DNA of 64,000 nucleotides from Actinomycetota bacterium. Its GTDB lineage: Bacteria; Actinomycetota; Acidimicrobiia; Acidimicrobiales; JACCXE01. The stretch is from NCBI GenBank assembly GCA_048498715.1, contig JBEHXL010000013.1, positions 490-64,489 on the forward strand, in the 5' to 3' direction. Position 1 is the first letter of the stretch; every line of letters begins with the position of its first letter. This document shows positions 9,550-19,692 of this stretch, piece by piece. The position numbers were made by a program, and so were the translations under genes. Below the pieces are notes generated by a model. It was given only the letters and a program-made list of their open reading frames with translations, was not told where the DNA came from and ran no database searches.

Positions 9550-10890
9550 TCACACGAGGTGCAGGCGGGTCGCGAGGTCGCTGCGAATGTTGGCGTCGGG
9601 ATCGAGGCGTCGTTGCACCGCGCGCCACTCGTCGAGTCGGGGATACATCGTCGACATGAGCTCGGGGCGCAGGCGTCCGTCCTTGGCCAGATAGATGCGG
9701 CCACCCGCCTCGGCGATCTGCTCGTCGAACCCGTCGAGCATCGGCGCCAGACCATCGAAGGTCGCGGGGATGTCGACCGACAGCGTCCACCCCGGCGCCG
9801 GAAACGAGAGGTGGCCCTCGCCTTGGGGGCCGAAGGTCTTGAGCACCGCAAGGAATGACGGGGTGCGTTCGCTCGCCATCGCTTCGACGACGCGACGCAA
9901 CACGTCCTCGGCGCCGAAAGGAATCTGGCACTGCCACTGGATGACGCCGGCGCTCCCGAAGACTCGGTTCCAGCTGCTGATCATGTCGAGCGGGTGAAAG
10001 AAAGCCGGGATCGTCTGGATCACGGTCTTGTCCTTCGGGTGATGGCGGAACCACACCTCGTTGAACACACCCGTGGTCAGCTTCGTGATGAGGTTCGGTG
10101 TCGGAGGAAAGGTGGCGAGTTGCGGGCGCTTGTACGCGAAAGGGTCGCGCCGTTGCTTGTCCGAGAGCTCGCCGAGTGACGCGAAATCTCCCTGGGTGAT
10201 GGCGCCGCGTCCCATGTGCTTCTTGGCCATGAGGTCGATCCACGCGACGGAGTAGCGATATCTCGTCTGCCCGTCGCGCAAGGCGGTGAGCATTGCGTCG
10301 AGGTCGGGGAGTCGTTCGATCGCGACTTTGATGCGACTCGACGGCACCTTCTTGAGCTGCAGCTCTACGCGTACGATCACGCCCGTCAGGCCCATTCCGC
10401 CACACGTCGCCCAAAACGCGTCGGCGTCGTCGGTGGGCGACACCCGTTTGATCGATCCGTCGGGCAGCGCCAGTTCGATCCAGTGCAACCAGCGGCTGAT
10501 CGTTCCGTCGCCGACGTGGTTCTTGCCGTGGATGTCCGAGGCGATGGCGCCGCCGATGGTCACGAAGCGCGTGCCGGGCGTGACCGGCACGAACCACCCA
10601 AGCGGTACGGCCAGCGCGATCAGATCGTCGAGGCTCGTCCCGCCTTCGACGACGGCCACACCGGTCTGTTCGTCGAGGTCGATCGTGACGAGATGCGTGG
10701 CGTCGACAACCGTGCCACCGCCGCGCTGGGCGGCGTCGCCGTAGGCGCGCCCCAGGCCGCGAGCGATGGTGCCGCGTGGGTCGCGGCGCGCAACGACCGC
10801 GACCGCGTCGTCGACGGAGTCAGGAGCTTCGACGTGCGCATAGGTCGGTGCGGTGTTGCCCCACCCTGTCAGCGCGCGGCGTTCGCTCAT
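9550..10890 (-). CDS. dprE1: Decaprenylphosphoryl-beta-D-ribose oxidase (FAD-linked)
   Basis: ARGLGRAYGDAAQ, VPVTPGT, GGAIASDIHGKNH, GGMGLTG, YSVAWID, GGRIYLAKD; operon with ubiA/dprE2. Confidence 0.9.
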   Translation of the reverse strand: MSERRALTGWGNTAPTYAHVEAPDSVDDAVAVVARRDPRGTIARGLGRAYGDAAQRGGGTVVDATHLVTIDLDEQTGVAVVEGGTSLDDLIALAVPLGWFVPVTPGTRFVTIGGAIASDIHGKNHVGDGTISRWLHWIELALPDGSIKRVSPTDDADAFWATCGGMGLTGVIVRVELQLKKVPSSRIKVAIERLPDLDAMLTALRDGQTRYRYSVAWIDLMAKKHMGRGAITQGDFASLGELSDKQRRDPFAYKRPQLATFPPTPNLITKLTTGVFNEVWFRHHPKDKTVIQTIPAFFHPLDMISSWNRVFGSAGVIQWQCQIPFGAEDVLRRVVEAMASERTPSFLAVLKTFGPQGEGHLSFPAPGWTLSVDIPATFDGLAPMLDGFDEQIAEAGGRIYLAKDGRLRPELMSTMYPRLDEWRAVQRRLDPDANIRSDLATRLHLV

Positions 10891-11756
10891 CGGCCCGCCA
10901 TGACGCCGAGGCCAAACGTCGCCGCCCAGATCGCGCCCATGATCAGCAGCGTCGCGTCGCCGGTGACGACATCCTCGGGCGCCTCACCTTCACCGTGTTC
11001 GAGGGCCAACGCATAGCGGAGGAACGCGATGGTGAACGGGAAGATCGAGATTTGGTACCACGGGAACGTGACGTGCTTGAAGTACGCACGTTCGAAAGCC
11101 CAGATGCAATAGGCCATCAGCGCGACACCCGCGCTGACCGCGCGCAGGAACGTCAGGAATTCCTTGGTGTAGCTGGAGAGCACACGTCGCGTCTCGCCCT
11201 CGGCGGCTTGGGCGCCGTCGAATTCCGCCGAACGCTTACCCGTCGCCATGAAGATCGAGGCGAACAGCGTGACGATGAAGAACCAGTTCGAGATCGGCAC
11301 GTCGACGGCGGCGGCGCCTGCCACTGCGCGCAGCACGAAGCCGCCGGCTATCGCGACGATGTCGAGCACGGCGATGTGCTTCAGGTAGTACGTGTAGGCA
11401 ACCTGCAACACCACGTACGCCACGACGGTGAGGCCGAGTTCGACTCGGATTCCGAAACCGAGAATGAGCGCGACGGCAATGAGCGTCGCCCCGATCAGGC
11501 GCGCCGACGTGACCGACACGGCGCCGGATGCAATCGGGCGATTGCGCTTCGTCGGATGACGACGGTCAGCCTCGACGTCGGACGCGTCGTTGAAGCAGTA
11601 GACCGCGCTCGCGGCGAAGCAGAACGCGACGAGCGCCCCGATCGTCTCGACGAAGGGCTTGGGGTGGAACAACACGTCGGCGGCGCCGGGCGCGGCGAAG
11701 ACCAACACGTTCTTGAGCCATTGCTTGGGTCGCAGCAGCTTGATGATCGGGCTCAA
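10887..11756 (-). CDS. ubiA: Decaprenyl-phosphate phosphoribosyltransferase (UbiA family, Rv3806c-like)
   Basis: LRPKQWLKN, NDASDVEADRRHPTKRNRPIASG, GFVLRA, KRSAE; TTG start overlaps dprE2 stop. Confidence 0.88.
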   Translation of the reverse strand: MSPIIKLLRPKQWLKNVLVFAAPGAADVLFHPKPFVETIGALVAFCFAASAVYCFNDASDVEADRRHPTKRNRPIASGAVSVTSARLIGATLIAVALILGFGIRVELGLTVVAYVVLQVAYTYYLKHIAVLDIVAIAGGFVLRAVAGAAAVDVPISNWFFIVTLFASIFMATGKRSAEFDGAQAAEGETRRVLSSYTKEFLTFLRAVSAGVALMAYCIWAFERAYFKHVTFPWYQISIFPFTIAFLRYALALEHGEGEAPEDVVTGDATLLIMGAIWAATFGLGVMAGR

Positions 11757-12511
11757 CGCGCGCTGACCTTTCGCCACACCGGACGCGGCAACGACTTCAA
11801 CACCGTGAACAGCAGCTTGAGGACCGGTGGCGACCAGACCACAGACGCTTCGGTCGCAAGGCCTCGCACGATGTCGTCGGCGACCTTGTCCGCTGTCGTC
11901 GAAAAAGGGGCGGCCTTGAGGCCCTCGGTCATCTTCGTGTGAACGAAGCCGGGTCGGACAATCATCACGTGCACGCCTGTACCAACGAAGCGGTCCTGCA
12001 AACCTTGCGCGAGCGCATCGAGTCCCGCCTTCGACGCGGCGTACACCGCGTTGTCGGCCCGGGCGCGCTGGCTGGCCACCGACGAGAAGATGACGATCGT
12101 GCCGTGGCCCTGCTGCTCCATTCGCCGGGCGACTTCGAGAGTTGCGCTGGTGGCTCCGCCGAGGTTCACGGCGATGAGACGGGCCGCGGCATCGGGATGC
12201 TCCGCCATATGTGGTTCGTCGCCGAGTTCGCCGAACGCAACCAACGCCACGTCGACGTCGGTAGCGGGCCACAACGCGTCGAGCGCGTGAGCATGCGAGT
12301 CCGGGTCTTCGGCGTGGAACGGAGCGGTCGTGACGGTGGCGCCCTTTTGGCGCAGGGGAGCGGCGGCGGCCTCGAGGCCATCGGGCCGTCGTCCGGCGAG
12401 GATCACCTCACGCGTGCCCTGGGTGACGAGTGCACTCGCCGTCGCTACCCCGAGATCTGAAGTGCCCCCCAGCACCAGCACCGAGTTGTAACGACCAGTT
12501 GCGTCGCGCAT
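11753..12511 (-). CDS. dprE2: Decaprenylphosphoryl-2-keto-ribose reductase (SDR)
   Basis: MRDATG..SVLVLGGTSDLG, YAASKAGLD, VRPGFVHTKMT. Confidence 0.85.
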   Translation of the reverse strand: MRDATGRYNSVLVLGGTSDLGVATASALVTQGTREVILAGRRPDGLEAAAAPLRQKGATVTTAPFHAEDPDSHAHALDALWPATDVDVALVAFGELGDEPHMAEHPDAAARLIAVNLGGATSATLEVARRMEQQGHGTIVIFSSVASQRARADNAVYAASKAGLDALAQGLQDRFVGTGVHVMIVRPGFVHTKMTEGLKAAPFSTTADKVADDIVRGLATEASVVWSPPVLKLLFTVLKSLPRPVWRKVSAR

Positions 12512-12530
12512 GACCTGAGAGGCTAGGTCG

Positions 12531-13181
12531 GTGCGCGATCTTTCCCGAACCTCGGTGTTCTTCGACTTCGACGGGACCATCTCCACGACCGACATCGGCG
12601 TGCATGTGTTGGATCGCCTGGCCGACCCGGGCTGGCGTGAGCTCGACCTCGCCTACGCCGCCGGAGAGATCGGTAGTCGGGAATGCATGGCCAAGCAGTG
12701 GGACTGCATCCCGTCTCACGTCAGCGAAGCCGAACGCCGCGCCGTCGCCGCGGAGGTGCCGCTCGATCCCGCGTTTGGGCCGCTCGTCGACGCGCTGCGC
12801 GCCGCCGGCGCCGAGGTGTCCGTCGTCAGCGACGGCTACGGCTTCTACGTGCGCACGTTGCTGGCGCCGTGGGATCTTCCGATCTTCACGAACGACGTGG
12901 ATTTCGCGACGAACCAGGTCGTGTTTCCGAACTCCATCGACGAGTGTGCGACGTGCGCGGCATGCGGCACGTGCAAACCGTCGTTCCTCCAAGCTGCGCA
13001 GGCACGCGGACGCTCGACGATGTTCGTGGGCGACGGGACGAGCGACCGCCACGCGGCGCGTGTTGCGGACGTCGTCTTCGCCACGGCATCGCTGGCGCAG
13101 TGGTGTGACGCAGAAGGAATCGCGTTCACGCCGTTCGCGTCGCTCGACGATGTGCGGGCACTGATCTTTTCGCAGCAGTAG
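12531..13181 (+). CDS. HAD-superfamily phosphatase (MtnX-like, subfamily IB)
   Basis: DFDGT, VVSDG, CGTCK, GDGTSD motifs. Confidence 0.85.
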   Translation: MRDLSRTSVFFDFDGTISTTDIGVHVLDRLADPGWRELDLAYAAGEIGSRECMAKQWDCIPSHVSEAERRAVAAEVPLDPAFGPLVDALRAAGAEVSVVSDGYGFYVRTLLAPWDLPIFTNDVDFATNQVVFPNSIDECATCAACGTCKPSFLQAAQARGRSTMFVGDGTSDRHAARVADVVFATASLAQWCDAEGIAFTPFASLDDVRALIFSQQ

Positions 13182-13192
13182 CGTCCGCCCCG

Positions 13193-14575
13193 ATGACATT
13201 GGGGCAAAGGCGTCATGGGGCTGCCGTTGTGCTGCTCGCACTCATGCTGGTTACTTCGGCTTGCGGAGCGCGCTTCGATCGTGAGACGGGCCGAGCTGCG
13301 GCCGCCCGCAGTGGACTGAACGGTTCCGGGCTGAGCGGCGGACTCGGGTCCACCGACGACACCACCCCTGGAGGCGACGCGCTGACGGGCGGTACCGACG
13401 AAACCATTCCGGGCACCAGCGACACTGTTGCCGGAAGTGGCACCGACGGCACCGGCCCACAGACCACTGAGGCGCCCAAAGCCGTCGAGCCCGGTCCGAC
13501 CACCGGCCTCACGGCGAGCACGATCAAGATCGGCTACCTGTTGCCGCTCACCGGAGCGGCGCCGGTTCCGTCGAACTTCGACAAGGGTGCCAACGTCTAC
13601 TGGAACTACGTCAACGGCAAGGGCGGCATCAACGGCCGCAAGGTGCAGGTCGTCATCCGCGACACGCAGTCCTCGGCGTCGGTCGGCAAGCAGGAAGCCC
13701 AGAAGCTGATCGAGGACGACAAGGTCTTCGCGGTCATCGTGCTCGACCGCCTGGAAAACCAGAAGGCGATCGGTGCGTACCTCGACTCGCGCAGCGTGCC
13801 GAACATCGAAATCCAGACGCCGGTCAACCTCGACAAGGGTCAGAAGTGGACCTTCGGCATCACGGTCGACCACGGCGTGCAGGGTGGTCTCATCGCCGAC
13901 TACCTCTACAAGGTTCTCGGCACCCGCAAGGCGGCCGTCGTCTACGAGAACACCTCGGAGCTCGTGCCCGGCAAGGACGCGTTCGCCAGCAAGTTCAAGG
14001 CGAATGGTGGTCAGGTCGTGTACACGAAGGCGATCGAGGGGCAGGACAACGACTTCCAGGGTGTTGCCCTCGACCTCAAGCAGTCCGGGGCGACCGCGGT
14101 GTGGCTCTACATGGCACCGACGGCGGCCGCGAAGCTCGCGAACCAATCCCAGGTCGCCGGCTATCACCCGACGTGGTTCGCCAATTCGATCTCGTGGAAC
14201 TTCGACCTCGTCTTCGCCGTCGCTCCGACTGCGCTGAAGGGTGCTCGTGCTTTCAGTCCGTGGCTACCCCTCACCGATCCGCGTACGAACACGTACCAGG
14301 CCGAGTACCGCAAGCAGACGAACTCGAACCCCGATGACCTCGGCATCGTGGGTTGGGGCGTCGGCCAGATCGTCGGCGAGGCGATCAAGCGCACCCCGGG
14401 GCAGCTTGGTCAGAACAGCTTCCGGAACACGTTCCAGAGCCTCGACTTCAAGCCCGACATCTGGGCACCGATTCATTTCGACGCCACCACTCGCGAGGGT
14501 GCGAACGTCGTCGCCGTCTTGAAAGAAGACGGTGGTCACTGGGCCCTCGATCGCGACTTCACCACGGGCTTCTAG
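13193..14575 (+). CDS. ABC transporter substrate-binding lipoprotein (LivK/Peripla_BP_6-like)
   Basis: Lipobox TSAC, Gly/Thr linker, IKIG...PLTG, GGINGRKV. Confidence 0.85.
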   Translation: MTLGQRRHGAAVVLLALMLVTSACGARFDRETGRAAAARSGLNGSGLSGGLGSTDDTTPGGDALTGGTDETIPGTSDTVAGSGTDGTGPQTTEAPKAVEPGPTTGLTASTIKIGYLLPLTGAAPVPSNFDKGANVYWNYVNGKGGINGRKVQVVIRDTQSSASVGKQEAQKLIEDDKVFAVIVLDRLENQKAIGAYLDSRSVPNIEIQTPVNLDKGQKWTFGITVDHGVQGGLIADYLYKVLGTRKAAVVYENTSELVPGKDAFASKFKANGGQVVYTKAIEGQDNDFQGVALDLKQSGATAVWLYMAPTAAAKLANQSQVAGYHPTWFANSISWNFDLVFAVAPTALKGARAFSPWLPLTDPRTNTYQAEYRKQTNSNPDDLGIVGWGVGQIVGEAIKRTPGQLGQNSFRNTFQSLDFKPDIWAPIHFDATTREGANVVAVLKEDGGHWALDRDFTTGF

Positions 14576-14584
14576 GACCCGTCG

Positions 14585-15460
14585 ATGGCGGAGCTCATCA
14601 CCGGGTTGTCCTCGGGCGCGGCGTACGCGCTCATGGCCGTCGGCGTCGTTCTCATCTTCCGATGCACGCGCATTCTCACGATCGCGCAGGGCGAGCTCGG
14701 GGCGTTCGGTTTCTTCTACGCGTTGCGCTGGGCTGATCGTGGCGTGCCCGTGCTGCACGTCCATCCTTCGCGCTTCGCCACGCTGCTGATCGCACTGGCG
14801 TTCGGTGCCTTGCTCGGATTGCTGGCCGAACTGATCATGCGACCGCTCGTGCAGCGTCCCCCGCTGGACGGGCTCATCGCGACGCTCGGCATCGCGCTGT
14901 TCCTCGCGCTGCTCGAGCTGCGCATCTTCGGCACCGCGTCGCAGCTCGCGCCGTCGACGGTCGGGGAGTGGAAGATCGAGCCGTTCGGTGCCACGCTGGC
15001 CGCGACACGCGTCGTCGGCGTGTTCGCCATCGCGGCCGTCGGCGTCGGTCTGTGGCTGTTCTTCACCCGCACCAAGTTCGGGCTCGCAGTGCAGGCAACC
15101 ACGAGCGATCCCGGCGTGGCGCGGTTGCTCGGGGTCCCGGTCAATCAGGTGTATCGCTTCGCATGGGTGTCGGCCGGGCTGTTATCGGGCCTTGCCGCCG
15201 CATTGCTCGGCCCCGCCTTCGGCAACATCGCTCCGTTCGACATGACGGGCTTCGCGTTGCGAGCGCTGGCCGGCGCGGTGATCGGTGGCCTCGATTCGGT
15301 CAGTGGCGCGATCGTGGGCTGCCTCGTGATCGGCGTCGTCGAGTCGCTCGCGCAGGCGCACGCGGGTGCCGGAGTCGACGCCGTCCTGGTACTCGTTCTC
15401 GTCCTCGCGACGCTCGTCGTCCGTCCGAAGGGCCTGCTCGGTGCAACCGCGGCTGCGTGA
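14585..15460 (+). CDS. Branched-chain amino acid-type ABC permease (LivH-like)
   Basis: GAAYALMAVG, AQGE, TKFGLAVQA, IGGLDS, RPKGLLG. Confidence 0.88.
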   Translation: MAELITGLSSGAAYALMAVGVVLIFRCTRILTIAQGELGAFGFFYALRWADRGVPVLHVHPSRFATLLIALAFGALLGLLAELIMRPLVQRPPLDGLIATLGIALFLALLELRIFGTASQLAPSTVGEWKIEPFGATLAATRVVGVFAIAAVGVGLWLFFTRTKFGLAVQATTSDPGVARLLGVPVNQVYRFAWVSAGLLSGLAAALLGPAFGNIAPFDMTGFALRALAGAVIGGLDSVSGAIVGCLVIGVVESLAQAHAGAGVDAVLVLVLVLATLVVRPKGLLGATAAA

Positions 15461-17297
15461 CCTCGGGGCGCGGCTGTCGCGACCGTCGGGTGCGCTGGCG
15501 GTGCTCGGCATCGTGCTTGCGCTGGCGGCGCCCGGCCTTCCCGGCATGCGCGCATCGACGCTCAACATCCTGGGTGGCGTCTGGGCCATCTCGATCGCTG
15601 CGCTCGGTCTCGACGTGCTGATCGGTCGCTGCGGCCAGCTTTCGCTGTCCCAGAGCGCGTTCGTCGGCATCGGCGCCTTCGCCACGATCCAGGCCGGTGG
15701 ACGCGGGGCGCCGTGGCCACTCGCGCTGTTGTGCGGCGTCGTCGCGACGTGCATTGCCTCGACCGTCGCCGGGCTGCCGTCACTGCGTATTCGTGGGCTG
15801 CAGGTCGCCATCGTCACTCTCGCCGTGCAGCTCGCCGCCCAGCGCTACGTGTTCCCGAATCACAAGCTGACCGGAGCGGACCTCACCCTCGATCGCCCGT
15901 CGATGCTCACGTCGGCGAACGACCTGTACTACTTCGGCTTCTTCTGCGTGATCGTCGTGTTGATCATCCGCCAGCGACTCGGCGTGACGAGATCGGGCCG
16001 CGCCCTGCTCGCCGTGCGTGACGTCGAGGCGCGAGCGATCGCGTTCGGCGTCGAGCCCGGTCCCATGAAGCTGTTCGCGTATTCGATCGCGGGCGCCATC
16101 ACGGGCCTCGCCGGCGCGATCCTCGCCTTCAAGGAGACGCCCGGCGCGATCAGCGACACGTCGCCGTTCGCGTTGCTGCAGTCACTACTGCTGGTGAGCA
16201 TCGTCGTGGTCGGTGGTGCCGGTTCCGGCGGCACCATCGTGGTGGCCGCGTTGGCGCTCAACGGCGCCCCGCAGATCTTCACGGGGCTCGGTCGCGATGC
16301 GCCGCTGTTCTCCGCGCTCCTTCTGGTCGTTGCGGTAGTCGTGCAGCCGACCGGTCTCGGTGGCCTGCTCAAGCAGCTCGACCGATACGTGCTGCGTCGC
16401 AACACCGAACGTCCCGACCCACGACCGCGACTCGAGCCGATCGAGCACGCCAGCCAAGCCGCGGACGACCTGCGGCAGGTCCAGCGCGGTCTCGCCTTGC
16501 GGATGCCGTCGCCGGCGTTGCTCGACGCGCACGACGTCACGGTCCAGTACGGCGGCGTCACCGCGCTGAACAAGGTCACGCTCGAAGTCAGGACCGGCGA
16601 GATCGTCGGTCTCATCGGAGCGAACGGCGCGGGCAAGTCGACGTTTTTCAATGCGTCGTCCGGCTTCGCTCCGACAACCGGTTCGATCAAGTGCCGCGGC
16701 GTCGAGCTTCTCAAGACGCCGGGCTCCAAGCGCACCTCGCTCGGCCTCGCGCGCACGTTCCAGGACATGGGCCTTGTGCGGGCCGAGACCGTGCGGGAGA
16801 ACGTCTTGCTCGCGCAGAGTTGGCTCGCGACATATCCGATGGCGCCGGGCATCCTCGCCCTCGGGTCGACCATCGGCACCGAACGCGAACTGCGTCGCCG
16901 CGCCGACGTCGCCCTCGAACTGTTCGGACTCGACCATCTCGCCGACGAGCGTCTGGGTGACCTGCCGTACGGCACCATGCGCATCGCCGAGATCGCCGCG
17001 GCGGTGGCGACGGGTCCCGACCTGTTGCTGCTCGACGAGGCCACCGCGGGTCTCGGCCCCGAAGAGAGCCAGGCGCTCGGCGATCGCTTCTTGACGTTGC
17101 GCGACGACCTCGGCCTCACGCTCGTCGTCATCGAGCACCACGTACCGCTCATCGCCCGCGTGTGTGACTACTGCTACTGCCTGGAGTCGGGCACGAAGAT
17201 CGCCGAGGGCACGCCGGAGCAGGTGACCGCCGAGCCGCGCGTCGTCGAGTCGTTCCTCGGGCGCTCCGCGGCGGCAACCGGTGGAGGCCGAAAGTGA
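15441..17297 (+). CDS. Fused ABC permease/ATP-binding protein (LivM-LivG)
   Basis: GQLSL, GRALLAVRD TM domain followed by Walker A GANGAGKST, ARTFQ, LLLDE; start approximate. Confidence 0.88.
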   Translation: MQPRLRDLGARLSRPSGALAVLGIVLALAAPGLPGMRASTLNILGGVWAISIAALGLDVLIGRCGQLSLSQSAFVGIGAFATIQAGGRGAPWPLALLCGVVATCIASTVAGLPSLRIRGLQVAIVTLAVQLAAQRYVFPNHKLTGADLTLDRPSMLTSANDLYYFGFFCVIVVLIIRQRLGVTRSGRALLAVRDVEARAIAFGVEPGPMKLFAYSIAGAITGLAGAILAFKETPGAISDTSPFALLQSLLLVSIVVVGGAGSGGTIVVAALALNGAPQIFTGLGRDAPLFSALLLVVAVVVQPTGLGGLLKQLDRYVLRRNTERPDPRPRLEPIEHASQAADDLRQVQRGLALRMPSPALLDAHDVTVQYGGVTALNKVTLEVRTGEIVGLIGANGAGKSTFFNASSGFAPTTGSIKCRGVELLKTPGSKRTSLGLARTFQDMGLVRAETVRENVLLAQSWLATYPMAPGILALGSTIGTERELRRRADVALELFGLDHLADERLGDLPYGTMRIAEIAAAVATGPDLLLLDEATAGLGPEESQALGDRFLTLRDDLGLTLVVIEHHVPLIARVCDYCYCLESGTKIAEGTPEQVTAEPRVVESFLGRSAAATGGGRK

Positions 17298-18019
17298 GCC
17301 CGCTGCTCGAAGTCACCGATCTCTGTTCCGGTTACGGCTCGCTGCCGGTGCTGTTCGACGTGTCGTTCACGGTTGAGCCGGGCGAGATCGTCGCGTTGAT
17401 GGGCTCCAACGGCGCCGGCAAGACCACGACGCTGCGGGCCATCACCAACCAGCTGAAGGTGACAGGTGGCTCCGTCGTGCTCGACGGCGAGTCGATCGTC
17501 GGCCACCGCACGGAGACGCTGATCCGCAAGGGCATGGCGCTCGTCCCCGAGGGCCGCGGCATGTTGCGTGACCTGAGCGTCGAGGAGAACCTCGAGCTCG
17601 GGGCGTACACGATCAAGGACAAGCAGATGATCGCAGACGGGTTCGCCCGCGCGTACGACGTCTTCCCGATCCTCGGCGAGCGCCGGACGCAGAAGGCGGG
17701 CAGCCTCTCGGGTGGGCAGCAGCAGATGCTCGCGATCGCCCGGGCGCTCATGAGCGGCCCCCGTCTGTTACTGGTCGACGAGGCCTCGCTCGGGTTGAGC
17801 CCGCTCGTGACCGAGACCGCCTTCGACTTCATCGCGTCCGCCAACAAGGACGCCGGCGTCGCCGTACTGATCGTGGAGCAGAACGTGCTCGCGCTCGACC
17901 TCGCCACGCGCGCCTATGTCCTCGAGAAGGGGCAGGTCGTCGACATCGCCGAGGGCAAAGCGGTGCGCGCGATGCAGGGCCGCCTGCGCGACGCCTATCT
18001 CGGAAAGACCCGAAAGTGA
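17294..18019 (+). CDS. ABC ATP-binding protein (LivF-like)
   Basis: GSNGAGKTT, VPEGR, LSGGQQQ, DEASLGL. Confidence 0.9.
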   Translation: MSPLLEVTDLCSGYGSLPVLFDVSFTVEPGEIVALMGSNGAGKTTTLRAITNQLKVTGGSVVLDGESIVGHRTETLIRKGMALVPEGRGMLRDLSVEENLELGAYTIKDKQMIADGFARAYDVFPILGERRTQKAGSLSGGQQQMLAIARALMSGPRLLLVDEASLGLSPLVTETAFDFIASANKDAGVAVLIVEQNVLALDLATRAYVLEKGQVVDIAEGKAVRAMQGRLRDAYLGKTRK

Positions 18020-18114
18020 TCGCAGGAGTTTTTGCTTTGACCGCCGGTGGACTCCTCATGGGAGCCATGGCGCTTGTAGTTCTCGCAACCGTGCAACGAC
18101 CGGGAGGGATCCCC

Positions 18115-18423
18115 ATGAACGTGTTCCGCCGCAACCGATTGATGGCCGGGCTCGGCTGCTTCGCCCTCGCGACGGTCGTCGCCATCGTCGGCTATCTCAA
18201 GATCAGCATCGAGCCCGACCTCAACCGCCAGATCCCCTATCTGGCCTCGGCGGGCATGGCACTGGTCATCCTCGTGGTCCTCGGCGGTGCGCTGATCGTG
18301 GGAGAACAGCTGCGCACCGATGCCCAGCGGATCGAGGAGCTCGAGCAGGCGGTTTCGACGCTGGCCTCCCAGGTGGCACCGAACGTCGAACGCCCCGCCC
18401 GACGGCGAACCAAAGCCAGTTAG
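18115..18423 (+). CDS. Small two-TM hypothetical membrane protein
   Basis: GGGAGG SD before ATG 18115; two hydrophobic helices flanking QIPYL, then coiled coil; alternative GTG start at 18016. Confidence 0.65.
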   Translation: MNVFRRNRLMAGLGCFALATVVAIVGYLKISIEPDLNRQIPYLASAGMALVILVVLGGALIVGEQLRTDAQRIEELEQAVSTLASQVAPNVERPARRRTKAS

Positions 18424-18468
18424 CTCAATGTCAGAGCGGCTCGGCCGCTCACCTAGCATGTACCTCCC

Positions 18469-19692
18469 GTGATCCCTGACTGGCTCTCCGCGCGACGCGC
18501 CACTGCTGCCCGCGAGGCAGAGCAGGCGGCCCTGCCGACAGCCGACCTCGAAGTGTGGCGTTACAGCCCGATCGACAAGCTCGACATCACGAAATACGCC
18601 CCGATCGAGGCCGCGAGTGCGGACGATCCGGCGGTGACGCACCCCCTTATCCCGACGAAGCGCGCCGCGCTGGTCGTCGTGCGCGACGACGCCATCGTGC
18701 ATCTCGACAACAACGCGACGGGTGTCTCGATCACGCCGTTCGATCAGCTCGCCGAGGCGCCGGCGTCGCTCGGCGGTGCGGTCAGCGAACCCGACGCGCT
18801 GACGTTGCGCAACGACGCACACGCCAACGGCGTGCTCATCTCGGTCGAGAAGAACGCGGTCGTCGAGGGCCCGGTCGTCGTGGTGCACGACGTGACCGTT
18901 GCCGGGAGCGTCAGCTACCCGCGGGTGCTCGTCGAAGCCGCGACGTCGTCGCAAGTAACCGTCATCGACGTCGCCACGTCGGCCGACGTCGACGCGTTGA
19001 TCATCCCGGTCATCGAACTGTGTGCGGCCGCGAATGCGACCGTTCGCTACCAGTCGGTGCAGGCGCTTGGCCCGCAGGTCTGGCAGGTCGGCTACACGGG
19101 CGCGCGCGTCGAGCGCGACGCCCACCTCACCGTGGCCGCCGTTGCCCTCGGTGGCGCCTATGGCCGCAACCGTCTCGACTCGAAGGTCCTCGGTCCGGGC
19201 GCCGAGGCCGACCTCGTCGCCGCGTACTTCGGTACGGGTACGCAGATCCACGATTTCCGCACGCTGCAGGATCACAAGGCGGGCAAGACGTCGAGTGATC
19301 TCTTGTTCAAGGGCGTGCTCACCGACACGTCGCGTTCGACGTACTCGGGCCTGATCCGTATTCGTCCGGGCGCAGCGGGTGCCGCCGCGTTCCAGACGAA
19401 CCGCAACCTGGTGCTCGGCGAAGGCGCCCACGCCGACTCCGTGCCGAACCTCGAGATCGAGGAGAACGACGTGAAGTGCTCGCACGCGTCGGCCGTCGGC
19501 CCCGTCGACGAGGAGCAGCTCTTCTACCTCGAGGCCCGCGGCGTGCCGACCGATGTCGCCGAGCGCCTCATCGTCATGGGATTCTTCGACGATGTGCTCG
19601 AACGCATGCCGGTCGACGAGCTTCGCGGCCCGTTGAAGGACGCCATCGCAGCGAAGTTCGCGGTAGCCGGCCTGGCAGGGGATAGATCGTGA
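18469..19692 (+). CDS. sufD: Fe-S cluster assembly protein SufD
   Basis: EVWRYS, SDLLFKG, QTNRNL, DSVPNLEIEENDVKCSHAS, FYLEARG. Confidence 0.92.
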   Translation: MIPDWLSARRATAAREAEQAALPTADLEVWRYSPIDKLDITKYAPIEAASADDPAVTHPLIPTKRAALVVVRDDAIVHLDNNATGVSITPFDQLAEAPASLGGAVSEPDALTLRNDAHANGVLISVEKNAVVEGPVVVVHDVTVAGSVSYPRVLVEAATSSQVTVIDVATSADVDALIIPVIELCAAANATVRYQSVQALGPQVWQVGYTGARVERDAHLTVAAVALGGAYGRNRLDSKVLGPGAEADLVAAYFGTGTQIHDFRTLQDHKAGKTSSDLLFKGVLTDTSRSTYSGLIRIRPGAAGAAAFQTNRNLVLGEGAHADSVPNLEIEENDVKCSHASAVGPVDEEQLFYLEARGVPTDVAERLIVMGFFDDVLERMPVDELRGPLKDAIAAKFAVAGLAGDRS

